Of a DNA stretch of 64,000 nucleotides, positions 52,052-62,753 are shown one piece after another; positions within the stretch are counted from its first letter, which is position 1, and each line of letters opens with the position of its first letter. The stretch covers positions 2,208,001 to 2,272,000 of the forward strand of contig CAWHIJ010000003.1 in the NCBI GenBank assembly GCA_963829525.1. The letters are read 5' to 3'. Under the pieces are notes generated by a model that saw only the letters and a program-made list of their open reading frames with translations, searched no databases and was not told the DNA's origin. The position numbers and the translations under genes were made by a program. This DNA is from an uncultured Actinomycetota bacterium (GTDB lineage Bacteria; Actinomycetota; Actinomycetes; JAHEKZ01).

Positions 52052-52471
52052 ATGAAACTCCAGAAGCGAGATCTTGTCGCAACCGGCTTGGTGGTAGTTG
52101 CCGGGGTGATTTACCTGCTGTGGCTCCTTGACTCCGTTCCCACAAAGATGAGCGGTGTCCGGACAACAGGCGCCGTCATCCTTGTGCTCGGATTCGCAGC
52201 CTCTGCCACTGCGGTCGTGCCAACTTTCGATCAGCTTCTCCGCGGTAACAAGGTGTACCTAACCGTGACATCCTTGCTTGGCTTGGTGGCCCTAGTTGCC
52301 GGCGTATTGATGCTGGTCGAAGCGAGCGAGACCGCGCTGGCCGTGGTGATGTTCGCCATGGTCGCGATGTGGCTGATAGCGACAACCCATCACAGCCTCC
52401 TGGCCCAGACCACTTCGCCGAAGCCTGCACAAGGGGCACGTGAGACCTGGCGGCCAAAGGTCAACGTCTGA
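52052..52471 (+). CDS. Hypothetical 4-TM membrane protein
   Basis: GGGAGGA SD; four hydrophobic segments. Confidence 0.65.
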   Translation: MKLQKRDLVATGLVVVAGVIYLLWLLDSVPTKMSGVRTTGAVILVLGFAASATAVVPTFDQLLRGNKVYLTVTSLLGLVALVAGVLMLVEASETALAVVMFAMVAMWLIATTHHSLLAQTTSPKPAQGARETWRPKVNV

Positions 52472-52610
52472 GGGCTGCACTGTGGTGCGACCAACCTGAC
52501 CAACGCCCTGCAGCTCTGCCAGGTCCTCGGCACTGCAGTGTCGTACCTCGACCACATCGGGAGGTCGATCTCCAACAGACCCCAGATCGTCATCGAGCAT
52601 GCGATCTCCG

Positions 52611-53790
52611 CTAGCCCAGCAGGGCGTCGACGAAGACCTCTGGGTCGAACGGCGCAAGGTCGTCGGGGCCTTCGCCAAGGCCGACGAGCTTGACGGGAAC
52701 ACCGAGCTCGCGCTGCACCGAGACGACGATCCCGCCCTTGGCGGTGCCGTCGAGCTTGGTCAGCACAACGCCGGTGACATCGACCACCTCGGCAAAGACC
52801 TTGGCCTGCGCCATGCCGTTCTGACCGGTCGTCGCATCGAGGACCAGCAAGACTTCGTCGACAGGAGCCTTCTTCTCGATGACTCGCTTCACCTTGCCCA
52901 GCTCGTCCATCAGGCCCGGTCTTGGTGTGCAGGCGCCCCGCGGTGTCGACGAGCAGCACGTCTGCCTCCGAGTCGATCGCAGCCGTCACCGCGTCAAAAG
53001 CGACACTCGCCGGATCACCACCTTCGGGTCCACGAACAACAGGCACTCCGACCCGGTCGCCCCAGGTCTGTAGTTGGTCGGCGGCTGCGGCCCGGAACGT
53101 GTCTGCCGCTCCCAGCACGACGTCGCGATCTTCTGCAACCAGTACGCGCGCCAACTTGCCGGTCGTCGTGGTCTTGCCGGTGCCGTTCACTCCGACGACA
53201 AGAACGACCGCCGGTCGACCAACAGCCTCAACGGCCAACGACCGGTCAGCGGCAGGGTCGAGGAGACCGAGCAGCTCGAAAACGCAGAAGTTTCGAGGCG
53301 AGGCTCCTGGCTCAGCGCGCAGTGCCGCCCGCAGACCCTCGACGACCTCGGCGGCGATGCCAACGCCGGTATCGGCGGCGATCAGTGAGTCCTCGATCTC
53401 TTCCCACGTCGCATCGTCGACGGTCGACCGTGATAGCAGGGCGACGATCCCCTGCCCTAGTCCACCCGACCGGGCCAGGCGGTCCCGGAGTCTGGCCATT
53501 CGCCCGGCGACCGGAGCCGGACGGTCCAGGATGGCGAGGTCGCCGCTACCATCTGCACCGCGCCTAAATCGGCGTCGTCCGGCAGCGGCACCGTCGCGAT
53601 GGTCCGCTTCGGAGTGTCACGCGGCGGCGCAGCATCGTCGCCCACTCCCGGGACGTGCGTGCTCACGCGGCGGCGCCCCCGCGGTCGGGGCCGAGCGGCC
53701 CCGACCGGCTCGGAATGCGAGCATGCCAAGCCCGAAGACGAGCGCGAGCGCCAGAAGGCTGATGAGCACGATGAGCGCGATGGGATCCAC
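52611..53790 (-). CDS. ftsY: SRP receptor FtsY (multiple frameshifts)
   Basis: N-terminal TM from GTG 53790; [26 protein letters not shown]; [10 protein letters not shown] in ORF 52611-52910. Confidence 0.9.
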
Positions 53791-53916
53791 GGTCGGAGTC
53801 TCTCAGAGCGTCAACCCTGCCCGGCAAACGGTCCAGTGGGCCACCGCAGCCGGCGTGGGCCGCTCAGCCGGCGTGGGGGCCTCTAGAGAGCTCGCTCCCA
53901 GTAAGCCTCTCGGTGG

Positions 53917-56900
53917 TCAAGCAGACTCGGCCTCGCGCAGCCGCTGGCTGATGACCGCGCTCACTCCGTCGCCGCGCATGGAAACGCCGTAGAGCGCGTC
54001 GGCTACCTCCATGGTGCGCTTCTGGTGGGTGATCACGATCAGCTGGCTGTTCTCGCGAAGCTCCTCGTAGATATCGAGGAGACGGCCAAGGTTGGTGTCG
54101 TCGAGCGCCGCCTCGACCTCGTCCAGGACATAGAACGGGCTCGGCCTCGCCTTGAAGAGTGCGATGAGGAAGGCAACTGCCGTCAGCGACCGCTCACCAC
54201 CGGAAAGCAACGAGAGCCGCTTGATCTTCTTGCCTGGAGGTCGTGCCTCGATGTCGACACCGGTCGAGAGCATGTCCGACGGGTTGGTGAGTACGAGCTG
54301 TCCCTCGCCTCCGGGGAAGAGTCTGGCGAAGACGTCGACGAACTCGCGCGCGACGTCGTGGTACGCCTCGGTGAAGACCTGCTCGACGCGCTGGTCGACC
54401 TCGCGAACGATCTCGTAGAGGTCGCGTTTGGTCTTCTTGAGGTCTTCAAGCTGCTCGGTGAGGAACTGGTGACGCTCCTCCATCGCGGAGAACTCCTCGA
54501 GCGCTAACGGGTTGACCTTGCCCAGGATGGCAAGGTTCCGCTCGGCGGCCCTGAGCCGCTTCTCCTGCTCGGCGCGGACGTACCGAATGGGCTCCCGAGG
54601 CGGGTCGGGCTCTTCTTCGCCCGGGGCCAGCAGCACTGGTGGCACGAGCTGGTCAGGTCCGTACTCGGCGATCAGCGCGTCGACGTCGACCCCGAACTCT
54701 TCCATGGCTCGAGCCTCGATCTGCTCGATCCGAAGACGTTGCTCGGTGCGGGCCACTTCATCACGGTGGACGGAGTCGGTCAGCTGCTCGAGCTCGCCGG
54801 CGATTGATCGCGAACGCGCACGGACATCGAGGAGTTCGGCCTCCAAGACGGTCCGGCCGTGCTCGGCCGCCGCGCGGGCTTCGGTGGCCAAATGTAGGGA
54901 GCGGTCCAGCCTGCTGCCGACGATGTCGCAGGCGCGAAGTACTGCCCTGGCGACCTCCGCTTCGCGCGCCGCTCTCTCGGCGAGCTGACGAGCCTCTTCG
55001 CGTGCCGTGCGCTCATCCTGAGCTGCGCGGTCGAGTTGGTCGGCGCGCCCGTGCAGAGCTCTGGCTCGCTCCTCGCCGGTGCGCACGGCGAGCCTGGCCT
55101 CGGTCTCAGATTCGCGGGCAACAATGAGTCCGGCCGCATACTGGTCACGCAATCCGGTGTCCGGCTCCCCGACGTCCGGCGCGTCCTCGGCGGCGGTGAG
55201 TCGGCCCTCGAGCTCGTGGAGCGTGGCCTGCGCCTCGTCATGTCGCTGCACCGCTGAGGCGATGGCCGACTTCAGCCGGTCGGCCTCGGCTGCTGCCGAG
55301 CGGGCGGCCGAGCCGAGGTGCCCGAGTTGCTCGGCGACCGCCGACAGGCGTGCGTCAGACTCGTGCAGCCGGGCAAGAGTGCCGTCGACCCGCTGCTGGG
55401 CTTCCTGCTCGGCCGCCGTGCTCTGGGTGAGTGAGAACCGAAGCCGCTCACTGCGGTGGGTCGTCGCGACGAGCTGCTCCTTCGCCTCGTCGACCGCAGC
55501 CTGAACCTCCAGGAGACTCGGCGCGTGTGATGAACCGCCTTGGGCGAACGCAGCTCCGAGCAGATCGCCGTCACGGGTGGCGGCGGTGACCGACGGCTCA
55601 GCCGCGACCAACGACCGCGCCTCGCCCAGACCATCGACAACGGCAACGCGCTCCAGGAGGAGCCGCAAGGCGGGCCGTACCTGCTCGGGCGCCTGGACCA
55701 GGTCGACGGCGTAGGTGGCATAGCCGGGTAGTGACGGCCATCCAACCGATCCATAACGCTCACCCCCACCGACCAAAATTCCGGCGCGGCCAGCGTCGTC
55801 GCGCTTGAGCTGTGTCATGGCGGCAACTGCAGCGTCGAGCGAGTCGACGGCGACAGCATCGGCGGCCGCGCCAAGGGCGGCCGCGACCGCAGCTTCTGCC
55901 CCCGGCTCAATGGTGAGGATCGCCGCAACGGATCCGAGCAGGCCCGAGACGGTGTCGGTCGCAGCGAGCAGTGCCGCCGAACCATCCTTGCGGTCCAAGC
56001 CCATCTCCAGAGCCTCTACCCGGGCGACAAGACCCACCCGCTCCTGCTCAGCGGCACGCTCCTCCTCGCGCAGGGCGGCAACTCGCTCCTGCGCCTGGGC
56101 GAGCGCTTGCGATGCCCCTTCAAACTCGCTGTCAAGGTCGACCTCACCTTCGTCGAGCCCAGCGATCTGTGACTCAAGGCTGGTGAACTCCTGCTGGGCC
56201 GTACGCGCACGCGCTCCTCGGCGTCGGCCATGGTCGCGTTCAGCCGCTCCTGCTCGGCAGCCGCACTTTGAACGGTGGTCCGCGCCGCGCCCACCTTCCC
56301 GACCAGCCGTGCCATGCCCTCGCGGCGGTCGGCGATCGCCATGAGCTGCTCGGCGATCTGCGCCTCCTCGGTGGCCAGCGCACGCTCGGCCTCCAGCCGG
56401 TGCTGCTCGGCCACGGTCAACGTCACACGGTCCTGCGCCACCGTCGACTCAAGAGCCGTTTCCTGCTCGCGGATCTCGCGCGCTTCCGCCTCCATGTCCT
56501 CTGGCTCACGACCCGAGGTGCGGTGCGTCGGCACATCTGCGGCGAAACGGACCCGCTCAGATGCCAACGAGGCGAGTCCTCTGAATCTGTCACGAAGCCC
56601 GGAGAGTCGGAACCAAATCTCCTGCGCATTGGTAAGTGCCGGGAGCGTCGCAGCCACGGCACCCTCGAGCTCGATCTCGCGCTGCTGCGACAACGCGAGA
56701 GCCGCCTCCGCCTCAGCACGCAGCTTGAGGAGAGCGTTTTCGTCGGCAACCTCCTGCTCAAGGGCCAACCGGAACCCCGATAGATCATCGGAGAGCAGAC
56801 GAAGCCTGGCATCGCGCACGTCAGCCTGAATCACGCTGGCACGCTTGGCGACCTCAGCCTGCCGACCCAACGGCTTGAGCTGGCGTCGCAGCTCGGACGT

Positions 56901-57482
56901 GAGGTCGGTGAGCCGAACGAGATTTGCTTCCATGGCGTCAAGCTTTCGCAGCGCCTTTTCTTTGCGCTTGCGGTGCTTGAGGACGCCCGCCGCTTCCTCG
57001 ATGAAGCCCCGGCGGTCCTCTGGCGTGGCCGACAGAACGGAGTCCAGCTGGCCCTGTCCCACGATGACGTGCATCTCGCGGCCGATTCCGGAGTCGGAGA
57101 GCAGCTCTTGAACATCAAGGAGCCGGCAAGGCTCCCCGTTGATCGCGTACTCAGAGCCGCCATTGCGGAACATCGTTCTGGCAATCGTCACCTCGGCGTA
57201 GTCGATCGGCAGGGCGCCGTCGGTGTTGTCGATGGTGAGCACAACCTCGGCGCGTCCCAGCGGAGGTCGTCCCGAGGTGCCCGCGAAGATGACGTCTTCC
57301 ATCTTGCCGCCGCGAAGCGACTTTGCGCCCTGCTCACCCATCACCCACGAGAGCGCGTCGACGACGTTGGACTTGCCTGACCCGTTAGGTCCGACGACAC
57401 AGGTGATTCCCGGTTCGAAGCGGAGGGTCGTTGCCGACGCGAACGACTTGAAGCCGCGGAGCGTGAGGGTCTTGAGGTACAC
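53917..57482 (-). CDS. smc: Chromosome segregation protein SMC (frameshift near 56200)
   Basis: [14 protein letters not shown] in ORF 56016-57482; [14 protein letters not shown] in ORF 53917-56037. Confidence 0.94.
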
Positions 57483-57795
57483 CGGCTGTTACTCCTGCGG
57501 TGTCGGCCCAAGTGCCGGGACCCCGTACGCAGAGCGCGGGCCCTCCCAGGACAAGGGTGGGGCGGACCGATGCAACTTGCGCCACACCGGCAGTGACCCG
57601 GCACGGTGGGGAATGCCTGTGCCAGTCGAAAGCAAGCGAGTCAGATTGAGCAGGTTGGATTCGAAGCCATTGGAAGAGACGAACGGGCGCCCTGAGCCTA
57701 CCCAGCGAACCTGTCACCTTGACACCGGACGCGCGGACACCGCGAAACAGGTTGGAGCAGACCCGATGGCAGAGCGACAGGCAAGTGCCGTTGCG

Positions 57796-58017
57796 TTAGG
57801 CGAGAGCCGGAGCAGAGCGCTCGGGCAGCGGAGCATCCAGCGTGATGATCTCCTCGGCGAGCGAACCACCGATCGAGTCAGGCAGAAGGGCCTGGTTCTC
57901 GGCGGTCAGCCGGTCGACCTCGGACTGCAGCTCGGCCACCCGGCGACGCAACCGCGCCACCTCGGACAAGAGTCGTGGGTCAGGACCGCCGATGTGGCCA
58001 AGAATCGCCTTCGCCAT
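57796..58017 (-). CDS. Small conserved actinobacterial coiled-coil protein upstream of smc
   Basis: MAKAILGHIGGPDPRLLSEVARLRRRVAELQSEVDRLTAEN heptads; GAAAGGGG SD. Confidence 0.7.
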   Translation of the reverse strand: MAKAILGHIGGPDPRLLSEVARLRRRVAELQSEVDRLTAENQALLPDSIGGSLAEEIITLDAPLPERSAPALA

Positions 58018-58178
58018 TTCTGGGAAGCCCCTTTCCTCGTCATGCGCGGCAAGTACCGAGAACCTGGTGGTCTCTCGACACGTCCGAGCGCAGCTCTGGC
58101 TGTCTGCTGGTCTCCGGTGCTGGTGGCCGGGCTCCTAGCCCGTGCAGATGATTCACCTGCGCACCACACCGCCCCTTC

Positions 58179-58231
58179 AGGGTGACATCCCGGTGTCGAA
58201 CAGGTCAAGAAGCGGTCACGATCGTGACCGC
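58179..58231 (-). promoter_or_regulatory. Putative promoter TTGACC-N18-CACCCT with adjacent perfect 20-bp palindrome
   Basis: GCGGTCACGATCGTGACCGC at 58212-58231; -35 at 58203-58208, -10 at 58179-58184. Confidence 0.5.
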
Positions 58232-58259
58232 AGACCGCCTGTCACATCACCCGATCGGG

Positions 58260-59195
58260 CTAGTCCAATGGGGTGCTCGCACAGCTGACGGCTCTAGGTA
58301 CCGCAGCGGAACGGGGCCGCGGAGGCCGCTGGCATCGCTGGCACACGAACGAGGATCGATTCTGAAAGTGCAGTCGTCGAATCGAGGCCCCGCAGCGCAG
58401 GCAGGCCTGGTCCTGCCGCCCGTAGACCGCCAACGAACGCTCGAAGTAGCCACTCTGGCCGTTGACGTTGACATACAGGGCATCGAAGGAGGTGCCCCCC
58501 TGCTCGAGCGCCTCTGCCATCACCTCCTTCGCCGCATCCAGCACTGAGGCGACCGCCTGCCTCGACAGCCCATGGGCCGAGCGCGCCGGATGTACGCGGG
58601 CCCTCCACAATGCCTCGTCCGCGTAGATGTTGCCGATCCCCGACACCACCGACTGGTCGAGGAGCACCCGCTTGATCTCAGAGTGACGCCGCCGCATCTT
58701 CGCCACCACCCGCCCTAGCTCGAAACTCGGTTCGAAAGGGTCGGCCCCGATGTGAACCAGCGAACTTGGCACCGCCCGAAGTCCGGCGGCGTCAGGTCCC
58801 AGGTGGTCCCACGCCAGACCGCCAAAGGTGCGCTGGTCCAGGAACGAGAGCCAGCGGCCGTCGTCGAGCTGAGCGTCGAACCGAAGGTGCGGGTGGTCGC
58901 TGAGGTCCTCGTCACTGACGCGGAACTGGCCGCTCATTCCGAGGTGGGCGACGAGAACATCACACACGGGAGCCGATGCCTCCCCCTCGGCGACCAAGCA
59001 AACCCACAGATACTTGCCGCGCCGCTCAACGCTGGCGCAGGTGCGGCCGGCCAACCGCGCACACAGATCGGCGCCCCCTGCCTGGTGGCGCCTGGCCACC
59101 CGGGGGTGGTGAGCGTGCGCGCTGACAATCGTGCGTCCGGCGAGGTGGCCGGCCAAGCCCCGTCGGACCGTTTCGACTTCGGGAAGCTCAGGCAC
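58260..59195 (-). CDS. mutM: Formamidopyrimidine-DNA glycosylase
   Basis: [30 protein letters not shown]-terminal zinc finger. Confidence 0.95.
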   Translation of the reverse strand: MPELPEVETVRRGLAGHLAGRTIVSAHAHHPRVARRHQAGGADLCARLAGRTCASVERRGKYLWVCLVAEGEASAPVCDVLVAHLGMSGQFRVSDEDLSDHPHLRFDAQLDDGRWLSFLDQRTFGGLAWDHLGPDAAGLRAVPSSLVHIGADPFEPSFELGRVVAKMRRRHSEIKRVLLDQSVVSGIGNIYADEALWRARVHPARSAHGLSRQAVASVLDAAKEVMAEALEQGGTSFDALYVNVNGQSGYFERSLAVYGRQDQACLRCGASIRRLHFQNRSSFVCQRCQRPPRPRSAAVPRAVSCASTPLD

Positions 59196-59949
59196 GTGAC
59201 TCGTTGGCCCCTGGCGAGTCTCCGGGGCGCGCAGCTGCATCCCCTGGCCTGCCCGCCAGCGACTCCCAGGTGGCGGCCGCCGCCTCCTGCTCAGCCTCTT
59301 TCTTGGAGTGACCGCGACCACTTCCGTGCGGGCCGTCGCGGAGTACGACGGTGGCGACGAACGATTTCGCGTGATCTGGGCCAGACTCAGTGATCCGGTA
59401 CTCCGGAACCCCGAGCTCGAGGGTGGCGGTCAGCTCTTGAAGGCTGGTCTTCCAGTCGAGTCCAGCCCCAAGGTGCGGAGCTCGGTCCAGCAGTGGGTCA
59501 AAGAGCCGGTGGACGACCAGCGCGGCAACCTCGTCACCACGGTCGACGTAGACAGCCCCGATCAGCGCCTCCAAGCCGTCGGCCAGGATCGAGGCCTTGT
59601 CACGACCGCCGGTCGCTTCCTCGCCCTTTCCGAGCCGGAGGTGTTGGCCAAGACCGATGGCGCGCGCCACTTCGGCCAGGGCACGCATGTTCACGACCGC
59701 GGAGCGCAGCTTTGCTAGCTGGCCCTCGGGAAGGTCGGGATGGCTGAGGTAGAGGCTTTCGGTGACGACCAGGCCGAGGACTGAGTCGCCGAGGAACTCC
59801 AGGCGCTCGTTGGTCGGCAGTCCACCGTTCTCGTAAGCGTACGAACGATGGGTCAGCGCCTGATCGAGCATCTGCGGCGCGAGCTCGACATCCAGGGCGG
59901 TCAGCAAGGGGTGCGGACCGGGCAGGGAACCCGATTCTGGGGTGGTCAT
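59188..59949 (-). CDS. rnc: Ribonuclease III
   Basis: [19 protein letters not shown], ds[11 protein letters not shown]. Confidence 0.96.
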   Translation of the reverse strand: MTTPESGSLPGPHPLLTALDVELAPQMLDQALTHRSYAYENGGLPTNERLEFLGDSVLGLVVTESLYLSHPDLPEGQLAKLRSAVVNMRALAEVARAIGLGQHLRLGKGEEATGGRDKASILADGLEALIGAVYVDRGDEVAALVVHRLFDPLLDRAPHLGAGLDWKTSLQELTATLELGVPEYRITESGPDHAKSFVATVVLRDGPHGSGRGHSKKEAEQEAAAATWESLAGRPGDAAARPGDSPGANESRA

Positions 59950-59962
59950 GGGTGCTGACCGG

Positions 59963-60136
59963 TCAGACAGCGGTGACCTGTCGCTTGTTGTAGGTACCGC
60001 ATGTCGGGCATGCGATGTGCGGCAGCTTGGGCTCGCGACAGCGATCGCACGCGACGATCGTTGGGCGACTGGCCTTCCAGTTGGCCCGTCGCGAACGGGT
60101 GTTGGAGCGCGATGTCTTCCGCTTCGGGACGGCCAC
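59963..60136 (-). CDS. rpmF: 50S ribosomal protein L32 (zinc-binding form)
   Basis: Manually translated [57 protein letters not shown]; below ORF-track cutoff. Confidence 0.93.
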   Translation of the reverse strand: MAVPKRKTSRSNTRSRRANWKASRPTIVACDRCREPKLPHIACPTCGTYNKRQVTAV

Positions 60137-60156
60137 AGCGATGCCCTTCTAGTCCT

Positions 60157-60720
60157 CTAGGACGCGCTAGGCGCGTCTGGTGCGTTCGAGTCCTGCCGAT
60201 GCAGGCCCCCCAGGGCGGCCCATCGAGGGTCGACCTGGTCGTGCTGGTGCTCCGGGTCATCGTTCAGCCGAGCGCCGCACATGGCGCAAAGGCCGAGACA
60301 GTCGTCCTGGCACACCGGTTGCAGGGGCAGGGCGAGCACCACGGCGTCCCGCAGAACTGGCCGGAAGTCGACGAGCTCGTCCTCCACCTGCGTGATCTCT
60401 TCCGCATCCGCAGCCGCGGTGTCGGGGTAGGCGAAGAGCTCCTGGATGTCGAGGTCTAGATCGAAAACCAAAGGATCTAGACACCGCACACACTCACCAC
60501 TTGCCTGTGTCCGACAGGTGCCGGACACCAGCACCCCCTCGATCACCGACTCGAGCCGCAACTGCAGCTCGATCGGGGCACCTTCAGGGACACCAACCAC
60601 GTCCGTGCCGAGTCCGGGCGGCGCATCGAGCGTGCGACTCACCTCAACCATTGCCCCTGGGCGCCTCGCCACCGCTTGGGTGTCGAGAACCAACAGGTCA
60701 CGCGGGTTGAGGCGAGACAC
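60157..60720 (-). CDS. YceD/DUF177 family protein
   Basis: ECVRCL, LALPLQPVC..DCLGLC..CG, DPRWAAL. Confidence 0.9.
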   Translation of the reverse strand: MSRLNPRDLLVLDTQAVARRPGAMVEVSRTLDAPPGLGTDVVGVPEGAPIELQLRLESVIEGVLVSGTCRTQASGECVRCLDPLVFDLDLDIQELFAYPDTAAADAEEITQVEDELVDFRPVLRDAVVLALPLQPVCQDDCLGLCAMCGARLNDDPEHQHDQVDPRWAALGGLHRQDSNAPDAPSAS

Positions 60721-60928
60721 GAGCGGTGTTCTCCTGGCGCACACCGCTCAGCTCGCCAGGTGGCGAGGTGTTAGGCGTGCCCTTGGGCAGTCCGGACCAC
60801 GGCCTCGGGGACGAGACCGCTGTCTAGGGTAGCCGAGCACGACCACCGCCCCAAACCGGCATCGGCCCCCTCCCTGCCTGGATGCTGGCCCGGATGCTGG
60901 GGGTGGCAGGTTGTGTGCGGCACCGGGC

Positions 60929-61483
60929 TCAGCGCTGAGCCGGATGATCTGAGTCCTTGCCGTCCTGATCGCTTTCACCGTCGGCCCCGTGCCCTTCATC
61001 GAAGTCGGGCAGCGAGATCCCGGAGAGCTCCTCGACGGCCCGGCGGCCTGCGATCTTGTCCCGGCCTCGCGCCACGGCTTCAAGCGTCTTGGTCAGCACC
61101 AGTTCGAAGTTGGCGAGCTTGGCATCGATGTAGTCGTCGATCTCGCGCCGCATCCGCTCGGCCTCGGCCTCGGCGCCCGCGATGATTCGGCCGGCTTCAC
61201 GCTCGGCCTGAGCCTGCACCTCGGTCTGGGACACCAGGCGCATCTTCTCCTGGTGGGCGCCGGCAATGATCTCCTCGCCCTGCAGCCGCGCCTGGGCGCG
61301 AACGCCTTCGGCGTCAGCCAGGAGCGCGTCAGCCCTGGTCAGGTCCGATGGCAGTTGGCGTCGCACCTGGTCGAGCAAGGCGAGGACGTCAGCCCGGTTG
61401 ACCATGCATGACGCCGACATGGGGACAGCGCGAGCGCTCTCGATGACCTCACCGAGCTCGTCGAGCTTGTCGTGGATCTCCAC
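60929..61483 (-). CDS. sepIVA: SepIVA-like coiled-coil cell-division protein
   Basis: ARAVPMSASCMVNR, DDYIDAKLANFE; position between coaD and yceD. Confidence 0.75.
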   Translation of the reverse strand: MEIHDKLDELGEVIESARAVPMSASCMVNRADVLALLDQVRRQLPSDLTRADALLADAEGVRAQARLQGEEIIAGAHQEKMRLVSQTEVQAQAEREAGRIIAGAEAEAERMRREIDDYIDAKLANFELVLTKTLEAVARGRDKIAGRRAVEELSGISLPDFDEGHGADGESDQDGKDSDHPAQR

Positions 61484-61563
61484 GAGACCTCCTGGGGTCG
61501 AAGCGGACCGGGGGGTGCTGCTGATGCGAAGTCTGGATTAGGCGGGTGGTCGACCAGGAGTCC

Positions 61564-62055
61564 TCATGGAAGTGGGTCCGGCGGTGTCAGCGCCGCCACG
61601 AGCGGGGCGAGCACTGGTGGGGGCACCAAGCCCTCGACGTCACCACCGAAGGCGACGACCTCTTTGATGAGAGTCGATGACAGGAACGAGTAAAGCGGGT
61701 TGGTCGCCACGAAGAGCGTGTCGACCTCGGTGAGCCGGTGGTTCATTTGTGCCATCTGCAGCTCGTAGTCGAAGTCGCCGACTGCACGCAGTCCCTTGAC
61801 GATCGCACGGGCGCCTCTTGCCTGGCAGTAGTCCACGAGCAGCCCTGAAAACGTCTCGATCGTGATGTTGTGGAGGTGGTCCAGCGACTGCGTCAAGAGG
61901 TCGATGCGGGTATCGACCTCGAACAACCCACGCTTGTTGGGGTTGACCATCACCCCGACGAAGACCCGGTCGGCAAGCTTGGAGGCGCGCTCGATGATGT
62001 CCACGTGTCCGTTTGTGACCGGGTCAAATGACCCGGGGCACACGACGCTCAGCAC
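61564..62055 (-). CDS. coaD: Pantetheine-phosphate adenylyltransferase
   Basis: PGSFDPVTNGH, KGLR..DFDYELQMA, SST. Confidence 0.95.
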   Translation of the reverse strand: MLSVVCPGSFDPVTNGHVDIIERASKLADRVFVGVMVNPNKRGLFEVDTRIDLLTQSLDHLHNITIETFSGLLVDYCQARGARAIVKGLRAVGDFDYELQMAQMNHRLTEVDTLFVATNPLYSFLSSTLIKEVVAFGGDVEGLVPPPVLAPLVAALTPPDPLP

Positions 62056-62078
62056 GTCGCGACGCTATCACTGGGCGC

Positions 62079-62678
62079 TCAGTCGCTCGCGAGGCCGGCG
62101 ATCCACAGATGCGCCTCGCCATAGGCGCGGTCGCGGATTGCCTGAAAGCCCGGCGGCCAGGTCCAAACCGGGTCGCGGCGGCCTCGCTCCACGACCACGA
62201 CTGCGCCGTCCGCAAGCAGCTGGTGCCGCCTCAGTCTCTCCAGCACTGAGCTCACCACTGAAGCAGCCACAGAGTACGGCGGGTCGCAGAAGACGACGTC
62301 GTAACCCGGGCCACGGTGGCTCATGGTGATCCACCGCTCGACGGTGATCGCGTGCACGTGCGCCCTGCCCCCTGCGGACGAGCCGGTTCCCGAATGCACG
62401 CCAGCGCTGACCGCCGATCTGTTGGCCTCGATCACCTCGACCGCTTGGCGGTCTGACTCGACGAGGTCGACGTGGGAAGCACCCCGGGAGAGTGCCTCCA
62501 GACCAAGCGCACCCGATCCCGCATACAGGTCGAGAACAACTGCACCGGAGAAGGGGCCGCGCACCGACTCAAGACTGGAGAAGACCGCCTCGCGTGCCCG
62601 ATCGGAGGTGGGGCGGGTCCCGGCACCGGGGACCGCGAGCCGCCGACCTCTGGCACTGCCTCCGATGATTCTTGTCAC
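62079..62678 (-). CDS. rsmD: 16S rRNA m2G966 methyltransferase
   Basis: RIIGG, TRPTSDRARE, LDLYAGSGALGLEALSRGA, DPPY. Confidence 0.93.
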   Translation of the reverse strand: MTRIIGGSARGRRLAVPGAGTRPTSDRAREAVFSSLESVRGPFSGAVVLDLYAGSGALGLEALSRGASHVDLVESDRQAVEVIEANRSAVSAGVHSGTGSSAGGRAHVHAITVERWITMSHRGPGYDVVFCDPPYSVAASVVSSVLERLRRHQLLADGAVVVVERGRRDPVWTWPPGFQAIRDRAYGEAHLWIAGLASD

Positions 62679-62682
62679 GCAC

Positions 62683-62753
62683 TCTCCAGGTACGTCATGG
62701 CTTCTCCAGGTACGTCATGGCTTCTCCAGGTACGTCATGACTTCTCCAGGTAC
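62683..62753. repeat. 20-bp tandem repeat (TCTCCAGGTACGTCATGGCT, about 3.5 copies)
   Basis: Units start at 62683, 62703, 62723, 62743; spans the recG stop / rsmD start junction. Confidence 0.92.

Noticed and set aside
53846-53880. Short direct repeat CAGCCGGCGTGGG x2 between smc and ftsY
   Set aside because: Two copies only; consistent with a local slippage duplication with no evident function.
57483-57795. Possible ncRNA in the 310-bp gap upstream of smc
   Set aside because: Only short, imperfect stems and no recognisable RNA family; cannot be supported by eye.
62683-62753. Possible CRISPR array
   Set aside because: Units are directly adjacent with no spacers, and there are no cas genes.
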